Source: an uncultured Puniceicoccaceae bacterium (lineage in GTDB: Bacteria; Verrucomicrobiota; Verrucomicrobiia; Opitutales; Oceanipulchritudinaceae). From it: 64,000 bases of DNA. The notes beneath the pieces are model-generated. The model did not search any database. It was not told the DNA's origin and saw nothing but the letters and a program-made list of their open reading frames with translations. Of this stretch, positions 21,294 through 30,839 are shown one piece after another (positions within the stretch are counted from its first letter, which is position 1; the number at the start of each line of letters is the position of its first letter). The position numbers and the translations under genes are program-made. Location: assembly GCA_963933835.1 (NCBI GenBank), contig CAWVVV010000002.1, positions 224,001 to 288,000 on the forward strand. Direction: 5' to 3'.

Positions 21294-21788
21294 TTACCGC
21301 CTGTAGAAGCGGTGGTCGCCGATGTTGGCGACATTTGTGAAGGCGGCTTCCCAGCCAGCTGGCGGATGGGTGCAGTAGTGCGTTTCGCCGTCAGTGATGT
21401 CCCGACCGAGGCGACCTGCTTCGTAATCGCGGACCATCTGCATCGCGACGGGCCACGTCCGGTCTTTCATGGCGCGGCGCAGGGCAGGTCCATAGTCTGG
21501 GTGCTTCTGGCTCGTGATCGAGTTGATGCAGGAGAATGCTTTCCGGCGTGCAACCTGTCCAACAGCCCGAGCAGGGTCGTTTCCAGCGCGGTTATTGATC
21601 ACGTGGAGTACTGCGAGCATGCCATCTTCACCTTGATTTGCAGCCTCGAGAACGAGCACTGCGGCGATGACTTGGCGGTCGTAAGAGCTTAAGACCGAAG
21701 AGGCTTCGACTGTCAGGGGTCCTGCTACGGCCGCAACAAAAAGTGCTACGACTGGAGAGAGGAGTCTGTTGATTCGGAGGGAGTTCAT
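21294..21788 (-). CDS. Secreted SleB/Hydrolase_2-type cell wall hydrolase
   Basis: Signal peptide, LEAANQGEDGMLAVLHVINNR, AFSC, THY, IGDHRFY. Confidence 0.85.
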   Translation of the reverse strand: MNSLRINRLLSPVVALFVAAVAGPLTVEASSVLSSYDRQVIAAVLVLEAANQGEDGMLAVLHVINNRAGNDPARAVGQVARRKAFSCINSITSQKHPDYGPALRRAMKDRTWPVAMQMVRDYEAGRLGRDITDGETHYCTHPPAGWEAAFTNVANIGDHRFYRR

Positions 21789-22118
21789 CACTGTCCTTGG
21801 TTGGTGTTTCCCAGTCAGAATCGAAGAACCGTGATTCCGAATTTGGGGCGGCGAACCGTGGCCTCGAAACTTTAGCTGGCAAGGTCGAAACAGGCTTTTT
21901 TTACAAGAAAAGAGCCTATTAGCTGTTCTTTTACGGATTAGGGCGATTTCGCCTCAATAATGCCCTAGGGTGTAGTCTCAGGGCCGCTCTAGAAATTGGC
22001 CTCACCCCTTCTGCATTCGGAGGCAGTAGATGCCGCGCGTGCGAAGGCTCGAGTATAAACACCGAAGAAGGTAACGGAATTCTTGCCTGTGCGCGGCGAA
22101 GAACTATCTTAGTTACAA

Positions 22119-22535
22119 ATGTCCACGGATGAGTCCCAGTCTAGTTCGCCCGAATACCAAGCCCTCGGGCGACGCGCCCAGCGCGTATTCCAAGTCACGT
22201 TCAGTGACCAAAGCATGTCTGAGATGAACGAGCTTCCGATCGACGAGCAGCTTAAGCTCGTTGATCGCATCAGCAGCATCACCTCCGATCAGCTAAAGGA
22301 GCCAACGGGCGCCCTGACCGTATTTCATCGGGATGGCGGCACGTTTTACCGCGTCCGTGTGGGAGAACTGCGCTGTTATTTCGAGATCCGCGGTGATGTG
22401 CTCTTCAGCCACTACATCCTCCATAAGAACACCCTGACAGATTTCATCTACCGGAATAAACTCCCGGTCAAAGAAGAGACGATGGTTGAGCAAGAAGGCT
22501 CTTTCTGGAAGTATCTCGAATCACTCCGCAAATAG
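22119..22535 (+). CDS. RelE/ParE-fold protein with no adjacent antitoxin
   Basis: FQVTFSDQS...FYRVRVGELRCYFEI pattern; candidate promoter TTGCCT-N16-TATCTT at 22083-22110. Confidence 0.7.
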   Translation: MSTDESQSSSPEYQALGRRAQRVFQVTFSDQSMSEMNELPIDEQLKLVDRISSITSDQLKEPTGALTVFHRDGGTFYRVRVGELRCYFEIRGDVLFSHYILHKNTLTDFIYRNKLPVKEETMVEQEGSFWKYLESLRK

Positions 22536-22546
22536 TCCGGCAGCGA

Positions 22547-25486
22547 GTGCCAGCAGCGATGCCTCGATCGGCACAACTCTTCAGCTACACTGATCCTCGG
22601 GAGCTCTGGCTCGAATCGCTCCCCGAATGGTTCGAAACCAATGCCTCTCTCCGTCCTCCGGGAAGCGGCCCGGTCATCGTCCTCGCCCCTGAAGTTACCC
22701 GCCTTGGATGGCTAAAGAAAACGTGGCTCGAACAGGGGGGGCGACCCCTCCTTGGGGTTGAGTTTTGGACGCCAGGAAAGTTGCGGCGCTATCTCCTTGA
22801 TCGCTTAGCCCTCAACACCCAGTTGGCTACGGCGGAAGACCTCGCGCTGATGGTGCGCCTCGTTCTGAAAGATGAGCCGACGGATGCGCCCCTCGGAGTC
22901 ATTGCCCAAAATCCAAACAGCTTCCTCTATGCTTGGGATACGTGGATGGCAGCCCGGGCCGACCCCTCGCTTTTTGCACGGCCTTGGCGCGATCTGCCTC
23001 GTCGACTTGAAAAGGCTCTAAAGCGCATCGACTTGCAAAGCGTGCGTGCGGTCGATGCCGAACTCGCATCTTTCGCCGAACCATCGACGCCCCTGCTGGG
23101 CCCGATCCTCATCGATGGATTCTCGGCCGTTCATTCGAGCCTCTTCCCCCTTCTCACAGCAGCAATGCGCCAATCGGAATCGAGCCTCTGTACTCTACCG
23201 TTTCCGCGAGAACGCAGAATGGAGCTCGTGTGGAACGGCACTTTCGAGAGCGTCATGGAGACAATGGCAGAACTGGCTCCACCCGTGCCCGATATGGACC
23301 GACCATTTGCGACCTGGGCCGAGCGAGCTGAATCAGGGATCGTGGCCGAAGAGAGACCCGAGAAGACGCATTTTCGCCTCTTTGAAACTCGGACCGACGA
23401 GATCACGGCGCTAGCTCAGCGTATAGAAGTTCTTTTTGCACAAAGCGGGGAGGGGACGATCGCGGTCGCCCTGCCTTCCGACCCCTATCTAATCCGCCGC
23501 CTCACCGCTCAACTCATCGAATCGGGGATTCCGATTCACGACAGTTTCGGATTCTTCCCCACTGGCACCGATGCGGAACACCTCTTTGCGGCTTGGGTTG
23601 CTTTTCAGCGCACCGGCCAACTCATCGAGGCCGATTCTTTTATCGACGCGCTAGTGAATAGCGGTGACCTGAGCGCCCTCGAAGCCAAACGCACTCGCCG
23701 AGCCTGGACGACGGCACGTGAGCGAACGCTCAGCGACGAGCTCTCTGTCCTCTCTGCTTATTTGAGACTCGAAGGCGACCAGTTACCCGGCCAGCCATCC
23801 GCCGTTGAATGGGCCAATACGTGGTCTCGCTTGCCCGACAACGCCACGATCGCGCTCTATCTCGAAATCAGCGCACCCGCCTTCGCTCAATGGGATAACG
23901 CGCTCAATTTCGAAGAAGCACGCTCTGGTTGGGATAAGACATGGGAGCATTTCGAGGAGAAGATTGACCGCTCCCGTTTCCTCGAATGGCTCTGGGAATC
24001 CCTTCGTCGGCCTGGACGAGCGCGGGATCAGAGTGCTCGCGATGCCTTTGCACCCGTTCAAATCATCTCCTACGATATGCTCGGCAGCGCTGCTTGGTCG
24101 CAGCTTCTCCTCGCGGGTCTAAACGAACGACTTGTCCCAGCTCCGTCCCGCGAAACCGCCTTTCTTCTACCCGACGCGGCCCACCGTCACCTCTCGAAAA
24201 ATATTGTCGAAGGCTCACAAGGCGAAGGCCATGAAGTGCTTCGCCCTGAAAGTGGATTTCTCCTCGAAGATAGAGACCGTAGAGCCCTCCTGAGTGGTGC
24301 GCTTTTCGATGCCATCGCGGCAACCTCAGATCGTGTTGAACTTTTCGCTACCTATGCGCCCGAGGGAACCGATCGGACCGCCACTGTCCTGAGTGAATAC
24401 TATCAACGACTTTACCGCGCCGCGATGGGGCGAGCCGCCGCCTTCCCGACCACCGGAAAAGCAGTTCGCAATGAGCAGAAAGAAGAGGGTTCTGTATCCA
24501 CAATTCCTCTGCGAAATACGGGTGAAGCCTACGCGCATCGATTCGATCCGGAAACGCCCTTCGATGAGTATTCATTTTCTTATGACAAGGCGCCACCTGA
24601 GCCGCTCACTTTAGGTGCTCGACAATGGGAGGCGTTGCTCAAGCGCCCTGCCACCGTCTGGCTGGAGAGCATTGCTCATCTGCGTCCGCGCGAGGACTAC
24701 AGTGAGCCCGTGCAGCTACCCCTCCTGCGGGGATCAGCGGTTCACCGTCTTTTACGACGCCCCAGTGCGCAAAAGTGGTATCCACTCACCGATAGCGGGA
24801 CCTCATGGCTCGATTCGGTGCGTGAGCAAGCGCTCCGCTGGCAGCGCTTCGTCGAGCAAGCCCATGAGCATGCCGGCCTCCAGCTTTCTCCTCTATGGCG
24901 TGAACAATGGGGCTGGGCTCAGCAACAAGCGCTCGTCCTTGCCAACCTCGTCGCCACTGAAGCGAGAGACCTCTTCCTCGCCACCGAGTATTCCTTGCCT
25001 GATGGCGGGCGGTGGACGTCCGCCGCTGGCGACGCGATTTCCATCCGAGGGCGCATAGACGCTCTCCTCGTCGACAATCCCGATAATCCAAGTACAGCCA
25101 CCGTGATTGATTTTAAGACCGGAGGGGACTCGGCCTTGAAAACGAATAAGCTCGGGCAGGGCGATGGTTTACAACTGCTGCTTTATGGCGGTGCGCTCAC
25201 CGATCTTTGGCAGTGTGAAGTCGGCCTGACGATCGTGAAGCCGGGTGACGCATCCGTTGCTGCGCAAATTTTTCTCTCGGGCGGAGAAGACCCATCGGAG
25301 GCACTCTCTGATCTCTCAACTATTGGACGAAACGGTCGGATCGGTTTCGCAGGTCAAGTGCGCTCAGCGTACGCCTATGTCGGCGAATACCCAATCGCAT
25401 TTGTCGCGCCCCCTTCGGAGATTCTAGTAGAAAAATGGCGACATACACATATCGGACTTAAGTTGCCGAAAGGAACGGAGTCCTGA
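22547..25486 (+). CDS. addB: AddB-like protein with C-terminal PD-(D/E)XK nuclease
   Basis: IRGRIDALL, VIDFKTG, LQLLLY; TGATG coupling to the downstream helicase. Confidence 0.8.
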   Translation: MPAAMPRSAQLFSYTDPRELWLESLPEWFETNASLRPPGSGPVIVLAPEVTRLGWLKKTWLEQGGRPLLGVEFWTPGKLRRYLLDRLALNTQLATAEDLALMVRLVLKDEPTDAPLGVIAQNPNSFLYAWDTWMAARADPSLFARPWRDLPRRLEKALKRIDLQSVRAVDAELASFAEPSTPLLGPILIDGFSAVHSSLFPLLTAAMRQSESSLCTLPFPRERRMELVWNGTFESVMETMAELAPPVPDMDRPFATWAERAESGIVAEERPEKTHFRLFETRTDEITALAQRIEVLFAQSGEGTIAVALPSDPYLIRRLTAQLIESGIPIHDSFGFFPTGTDAEHLFAAWVAFQRTGQLIEADSFIDALVNSGDLSALEAKRTRRAWTTARERTLSDELSVLSAYLRLEGDQLPGQPSAVEWANTWSRLPDNATIALYLEISAPAFAQWDNALNFEEARSGWDKTWEHFEEKIDRSRFLEWLWESLRRPGRARDQSARDAFAPVQIISYDMLGSAAWSQLLLAGLNERLVPAPSRETAFLLPDAAHRHLSKNIVEGSQGEGHEVLRPESGFLLEDRDRRALLSGALFDAIAATSDRVELFATYAPEGTDRTATVLSEYYQRLYRAAMGRAAAFPTTGKAVRNEQKEEGSVSTIPLRNTGEAYAHRFDPETPFDEYSFSYDKAPPEPLTLGARQWEALLKRPATVWLESIAHLRPREDYSEPVQLPLLRGSAVHRLLRRPSAQKWYPLTDSGTSWLDSVREQALRWQRFVEQAHEHAGLQLSPLWREQWGWAQQQALVLANLVATEARDLFLATEYSLPDGGRWTSAAGDAISIRGRIDALLVDNPDNPSTATVIDFKTGGDSALKTNKLGQGDGLQLLLYGGALTDLWQCEVGLTIVKPGDASVAAQIFLSGGEDPSEALSDLSTIGRNGRIGFAGQVRSAYAYVGEYPIAFVAPPSEILVEKWRHTHIGLKLPKGTES

Positions 25487-28400
25487 TGTCTGACCGTCCT
25501 CCGCTGCCTGATCAATTGGAACGTGATCGTTTTTGCACTGAGCTGGAAACGAACTACTCGGTCATCGCCCCTGCTGGAGTAGGGAAAACGACAAGTATAG
25601 TGGCGCGAATCATTGCGATTGCGAAAGCTGATGCACGACGCCTAGAAGATCCCGTGCTCCCGCATCTCGTGGTTGTCACCTATACGAAGAAAGCAGCCGA
25701 CGAGATGTTTTCCCGCGTCCGCACTGAGCTCGACCGTGTTCAACCACACGCCGATGTCCACGCCCACCTTGCGCAGGCATTCTTTGGTACGATTCACAGT
25801 TTTTGCCAACGCCTCCTCTTGCTCGCTGGCCCTCTCTGTGGGTTTCCCAGTGAAGCCGAAGTCGCGACGGATACAGAACGCCTCTGGGAGCGCTTCCGCT
25901 TAGAACTCGGTAGCGCAGCCCTTCCAAGCCTCCCGGATGATCTTAAGCGAGCCTTTGCGATTCATGGGAAGTGGGAGGATGTCTACCTGCTAGCGAAGCA
26001 GTGGCCAGGTCGTCCAACCGAACCGGCCTTGCCGGGTCTACCGCTGCGGGTCAGTGGGGCAGGAGTTCAGGCGGTCGAACCGAAACGAAAGAATAAGTAT
26101 TTAGAACGAGGGAAAGTAGTCTTCGCGCAATGGTTGTCCCAGATTACACTACAATCTAAGGGTGACAATCCACTGCCTTGCCCCGAACCGAAATATAAAA
26201 ATGGGGGGACCGATTTCCAAGAGGCGTGGCGCGACTCGGTTGCACCGCTGAGACGGTGGCGGGCGGAAGCGACGCAATACCTCGCAGCCAAGTTGGCATT
26301 GAGCTTTGTCCAGTATCGTCGACGTGCGGGCCAGTTCACTTTCGATGATCTCATATCATTCTCGTGCCAGTTATTAGAAGATAAGGAGGCCTGTGCGATT
26401 TTAAGGCATCGTGATTGGCGTGTCATTCTAGACGAAGCCCAGGACACCGACCCGCAGCAGTTTGTCATTCTAACCGAAGTCACTCGACCCGTTGAAGCCA
26501 CGGGATCTTGGCTCGATGGCGCAGCCCATGGCCCGAGACCGGGTGCATTCTCCATGGTGGGCGATCCTCAGCAATCAATCTACAGCGATCGCGCTGACCT
26601 AGGCCGCTACTTGGCGGTGCACCAGAGACTCATCGAAGAAGGGGGAGAGGGCGCGACTTTTAGTGTCACGATGCGGTGCCCTGTCAGCGTGGTTGAAAGC
26701 CTCAACAGAGTCTTCCCCTCTGTGCTCAAGCCCGAAGGCCCAGAGAGCCGGCAAGTTAATTACGTCAGGCTCGACAATCCAAAGGGTGCACGCACCGGTC
26801 AAATCGTTCGAATTACTGCGCCATCGCCAGATCCTGATGTGGATGCGAAGTCAGGTCCCAGGGAAGCGGCCAATGTTCAGTCCTTTGCTCGCTGGCTTAA
26901 GGATCTATCGCCGCAGGACTTGGGAACAGATTCTTGGGCGCAGGTGGCGGTGCTTTGTCCGCGTAATCGCTGGCTAGATGCCCTAGCCGAATCGCTCACT
27001 GCGGCAGGTCTCCCCATTCAACAAATTTCACGCAGTGCGACTCGGGCAGGCGATCCAACCTATGCTTGGTTTGCAGCTCTCTTAAGTGTCTTCGCTCAGC
27101 CGAGGGATAGCTTCGAGCTCTATGGTGTCCTCCGCGATGTATTTGGTTTTTCAGACGATCATCTTGTGCAGTTTATTGAACGCACCTACACCCACGGCGA
27201 GGCACATCCGCTGAGAATTGATATGCTGCCTGGTGACATGAAAGGAGCGGTGGCTGACGCGCTCAGAGAATTAAATGCGCTCTACCTGCGCGTCCGCGTG
27301 CTTCCGCTATATGCTGCAGTGGAGTTGATTCTTAAACACTGCCAGCTGGGCGAACGCCTCGTTCAGGTGCCAGGCATCGACCAGCAAGCAGTCGACTCGA
27401 CCATCGATACGCTCAGACAACAAACGGCCGAAGCGGAAAGCCTCCAGAAGAACCTCATTGAATGGGCAGAAGAACAACGGCGAGCCTTGCCCCAGCCCAT
27501 TGATGAAAAAGAAAGTAGTGAAGAAGCCATTACACTAGTGACAGCCCATAAGTCGAAAGGGCTCGGCTTTGATGTTGTCATCCTGCCGTTCTTTTTTAGA
27601 AAGTTCGGAATGCCTCCTGAAGCCTATCCCTGCTTTGAAAGCGGCGGGACAGCGGGACCGAAAATTCTTTTCGGGAGCGACGATAGGGATGAAACCACAA
27701 AGGACTGGCAAGAAACCCGACGCCGTGAGCTCCATGAGCGACTGCTTTACGTCGGACTCACACGGGTGAAGCGTAGTCTTATCCTCTTTGATGACCGGGC
27801 ATGGTGGGCTGATTTACGTGCACAAAAAGGTGTCTCTTGGGCACAGTTAATGAAAGTCGATGATCCTGAGGAACCCAATGCAAAGACTTGGAACGCTCTT
27901 CCCACTCAGCTTGTAGATCTAGATGAAGACGAGGCGCGAGCGGAGGCGTCGCCAGAGCCTCCTGGCGCGAGCATAGTTGCGCAGTCGATTGAAGCGGGAT
28001 CTAGTCCAACCTTCTGGCGACGGGTGACGCCGAGTAGTCTTCAGCTCCATGAGGAACCGAGCGAACGGATCGAACCCGACTTGAGTAGCGACGAACGCTT
28101 CCCGGAAGAAATTCGCGAACTCTACCTCAAGGATCCGGCGGCCTACGGCAACTGGTGGCACGATATGATGGAGCATGCTCCATGGGAGATGGACGAAGCG
28201 CTTATCCGTATCCATTTCGAGAATACATTGAAAATATGCCCCGATCCAAATCGAGGGGCGAAGGAACTGGATACTTTTCTAAGCAATGATCTTTTTCGGC
28301 AACTTTCCCAAGAAATATGGAAAGTGTATACCGAAGTTTCCTTTCTCTCCGGAGACACGTCATCGAAAACTGGATACGAAGGGTTTATCGACCTTCTTGC

Positions 28401-28623
28401 CGTTAAGGTCGAATCAGATGATTGGCTGATTATCGACTGGAAAACTGATCGAATGGGAAGCGAAGATCCGATGGGTGCACTACTGCATGCCTATGGGCCA
28501 CAACTTGCAGTGTATGATGCGACGATGCAGCAGTCGCTAGGAGAGAAGGGTCAAAGCCTCCTCTACAGCACAGTGACGGGAGAAACGGTGTTCCTCACCG
28601 CAGATGGACGCGGATCATCTTAA
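25486..28623 (+). CDS. addA: AddA-like UvrD helicase-nuclease
   Basis: APAGVGKT, LDEAQDT, VGDPQQSIY, TAHKSKGL, LLYVGLTR, GFIDLL..IIDWKT..QLAVY. Confidence 0.88.
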   Translation: MSDRPPLPDQLERDRFCTELETNYSVIAPAGVGKTTSIVARIIAIAKADARRLEDPVLPHLVVVTYTKKAADEMFSRVRTELDRVQPHADVHAHLAQAFFGTIHSFCQRLLLLAGPLCGFPSEAEVATDTERLWERFRLELGSAALPSLPDDLKRAFAIHGKWEDVYLLAKQWPGRPTEPALPGLPLRVSGAGVQAVEPKRKNKYLERGKVVFAQWLSQITLQSKGDNPLPCPEPKYKNGGTDFQEAWRDSVAPLRRWRAEATQYLAAKLALSFVQYRRRAGQFTFDDLISFSCQLLEDKEACAILRHRDWRVILDEAQDTDPQQFVILTEVTRPVEATGSWLDGAAHGPRPGAFSMVGDPQQSIYSDRADLGRYLAVHQRLIEEGGEGATFSVTMRCPVSVVESLNRVFPSVLKPEGPESRQVNYVRLDNPKGARTGQIVRITAPSPDPDVDAKSGPREAANVQSFARWLKDLSPQDLGTDSWAQVAVLCPRNRWLDALAESLTAAGLPIQQISRSATRAGDPTYAWFAALLSVFAQPRDSFELYGVLRDVFGFSDDHLVQFIERTYTHGEAHPLRIDMLPGDMKGAVADALRELNALYLRVRVLPLYAAVELILKHCQLGERLVQVPGIDQQAVDSTIDTLRQQTAEAESLQKNLIEWAEEQRRALPQPIDEKESSEEAITLVTAHKSKGLGFDVVILPFFFRKFGMPPEAYPCFESGGTAGPKILFGSDDRDETTKDWQETRRRELHERLLYVGLTRVKRSLILFDDRAWWADLRAQKGVSWAQLMKVDDPEEPNAKTWNALPTQLVDLDEDEARAEASPEPPGASIVAQSIEAGSSPTFWRRVTPSSLQLHEEPSERIEPDLSSDERFPEEIRELYLKDPAAYGNWWHDMMEHAPWEMDEALIRIHFENTLKICPDPNRGAKELDTFLSNDLFRQLSQEIWKVYTEVSFLSGDTSSKTGYEGFIDLLAVKVESDDWLIIDWKTDRMGSEDPMGALLHAYGPQLAVYDATMQQSLGEKGQSLLYSTVTGETVFLTADGRGSS

Positions 28624-28644
28624 TCACGGCTGAACACAGATGTG

Positions 28645-28731
28645 GGTAGGGCCGCCTGTCCCCAGGGGCCGAGCAGCAGTTGTAGATCTGGCTTTTAGCG
28701 CCTGAGGATGTCTGGGACAGCCATCCTCACC
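28645..28731. repeat. Inverted pair of GTAG-type REP-like hairpins (REPIN-like)
   Basis: GGTAGGGCCGCCTGTCCCCAGGGGCC on plus; GGTGAGGATGGCTGTCCCAGACATCCTC on minus; shared CTGTCCC(C)AG core; between convergent genes. Confidence 0.6.
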
Positions 28732-28742
28732 TTTACGGGATG

Positions 28743-30611
28743 TTACTCTTTCACCTGGCCGGCTTTTTGTTCCCAGGTTTTGGTCGCTTTTTCTAGGGCA
28801 GTGGCGATTCCGTCGGATTCGGTTTGGAGCTTTCGAAAGAGGGCTGCGTCATTGTAGGTAGTGCTGTCCGAAAGTTTTTCGGAGAGTTCGACTTGGCGGG
28901 TTTCGAGGCGGGTGACCTCGGCTTCGAGGGCGGTGACTTCGCGCTTAATCTTAGACTGAGCGTCGCGGGCTTTTGCGGCTAGGCGGCGGCGTTCTTTGGG
29001 ATTTTGGCGAGGCTCTCTGGAAGTGGGTTTGGGCGGTGCATAGCCAGCGTTTTGTTGGCTGGAGACGAGCGCGGAGCGTGCGTCATTAGCCTTGGTCTTG
29101 TGCATGTAGTAGTCGTAGTCACCGGCGTAGGGGGTGAGGCGACCGGCTTCGACATGGACGACTTTTTTCGCGACGGCTTTGATGAAGTGGACGTCGTGGC
29201 TGATGAAGACGAGGGTGCCCTGGTAGGTTTTCAGAGCGCCGATAAGGGCGTCGATCGAGGGGATGTCGAGGTGGGTCGTCGGCTCGTCCATGAGGAGGAG
29301 CGATGGTGGGGCGAGGAGGAGTTTGACGAGAGCGAGGCGGGACTTTTCGCCGCCAGAGAGCACACTGACGGATTTGCCCATCGAGTCGTCGCCGCGGAAG
29401 AGGAAAGCACCGAGAAGGTCGCGCGTCATCTGCTCGGTGATGCCGGGGTTATCGGCGCGGGCAGAGAGGGCTTCATCGAGGACGGTGTGGCGTGGATCGA
29501 GATTCTCGCTACGGTTCTGGGAAAAGTAGCCGACTTTGACGCGCAGGCCGGGGGTGCGTTCACCCGCAAGGAGTGGAAGGCGATCGGCGAGGATCTTCAA
29601 GAGGGTGGATTTACCGGCACCATTGGGCCCGATGAGAACCTGTTTTTCGCCGCGCTCGATCTCGTAGTTGAGATTCTGATACACGACTTTGTCATCATAG
29701 GCCTGCTTGATGGCTTTGAGTTCGATGACTTTATGGCCCGTGCGGTCCGGCTGGGGAAAATTGAAGCGACCAATTTTTGGGCCATCTCCTGTTGGGGCAT
29801 CGATCGCGTCGGCTTCCATGCGAGCGATGGCTTTCTCCTTCGATTTCGCGCGTGAGGCCATCGTCGCTTTGGCTCCGAAGCGGTCGACGAACTTCTGGAG
29901 GTGGGCGATTTCGCGCTTCTGGTTTTTATGGAGTGCGGCCTGTTGCACTTCGTGGGCAGCTTTTTGTTCGAGGAAACTGTCGTAGTTGCCGGTCCAGCGG
30001 TAGAGCTGACGCTGGCGGAGCTCAAGCATGCTCGAGCAGATGGCGTTGAGGAAGGCGCGGTCGTGAGAAATTACAATGATCCCGCCGGGGTAGTTCTTTA
30101 GGTAATCCTGAAACCAGAGGAGAGCGGAGAGGTCTAAGTGATTTGTCGGCTCATCGAGGAGGAGGAGGTCGGGCGCATCGACGAGGAGTCGAGCGAGGTG
30201 CGCGCGCATGATCCAGCCACCGGAGAAGGTGCGGGCAGGGGCGGCGTGGTCGCCTTCTTGGAAGCCGAGTCCAGCGAGGATTTTCTTTGCTCGGGGCTCG
30301 AGGGTGTAATCGACCTCGTGATGATGATCATCTTCGGCGGCATCGACATGCCCGATGGCGATGTCGAGAATGCTGGCTTCGCCAGTTTGCATAATCTCCT
30401 GCGGGAGGTAGCCAAGGCGGACACCACGTTCCCAAGAGACTTCGCCACTATCGGCTTCTTCTTCGCCAAGGAGGATGCGGAAGAGGGTGGATTTACCTGC
30501 GCCATTTGGGCCGACGAAGCCCATGCGCTGCCGTCGTTGGAGATGGAGCGTGATGCCGTCGAAAAGCGTTCGCGGGCCGTAGGACTTATGGAGTTCGGAG
30601 AGGGTGAGCAT
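28743..30611 (-). CDS. ABC-F family ribosome-associated ATPase
   Basis: Two GPNGAGKSTL, FSGGW/LSGGE, DEPTNHLD/DEPTTHLD; no TM segments; C-terminal coiled coil. Confidence 0.95.
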   Translation of the reverse strand: MLTLSELHKSYGPRTLFDGITLHLQRRQRMGFVGPNGAGKSTLFRILLGEEEADSGEVSWERGVRLGYLPQEIMQTGEASILDIAIGHVDAAEDDHHHEVDYTLEPRAKKILAGLGFQEGDHAAPARTFSGGWIMRAHLARLLVDAPDLLLLDEPTNHLDLSALLWFQDYLKNYPGGIIVISHDRAFLNAICSSMLELRQRQLYRWTGNYDSFLEQKAAHEVQQAALHKNQKREIAHLQKFVDRFGAKATMASRAKSKEKAIARMEADAIDAPTGDGPKIGRFNFPQPDRTGHKVIELKAIKQAYDDKVVYQNLNYEIERGEKQVLIGPNGAGKSTLLKILADRLPLLAGERTPGLRVKVGYFSQNRSENLDPRHTVLDEALSARADNPGITEQMTRDLLGAFLFRGDDSMGKSVSVLSGGEKSRLALVKLLLAPPSLLLMDEPTTHLDIPSIDALIGALKTYQGTLVFISHDVHFIKAVAKKVVHVEAGRLTPYAGDYDYYMHKTKANDARSALVSSQQNAGYAPPKPTSREPRQNPKERRRLAAKARDAQSKIKREVTALEAEVTRLETRQVELSEKLSDSTTYNDAALFRKLQTESDGIATALEKATKTWEQKAGQVKE

Positions 30612-30624
30612 GGCGGCGGTCTTA

Positions 30625-30797
30625 AATAATGAATGGTGAGTGATGTATGATGACGGGGGAGAGGGGAAGGGGGAATTGATAAATGATGAATTATGAGTGA
30701 CGAATGAGGGTGGAAGGGGCCGAAAGGGGGATACTTTTTACTTCAGGATAGGTTGAGAGCTTATTCATTCATCACTCCTTATTCAAAATTCATCATT
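30625..30797. repeat. Degenerate heptamer (AATGATG) tandem arrays, two direct and one inverted
   Basis: 30625-30652 (4 units) and 30682-30709 (4 units) on plus; 30763-30797 (5 units) on minus. Confidence 0.75.
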
Positions 30798-30839
30798 TGT
30801 ATCGTTGTGGGGGGGGCGCTAGTGAGGTGAGGTCGGGGG

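Noticed and set aside
21792..22082. Riboswitch or ncRNA upstream of the cell wall hydrolase
   Set aside because: Short hairpins are present but I could not recognise c-di-AMP, c-di-GMP or other conserved aptamer motifs
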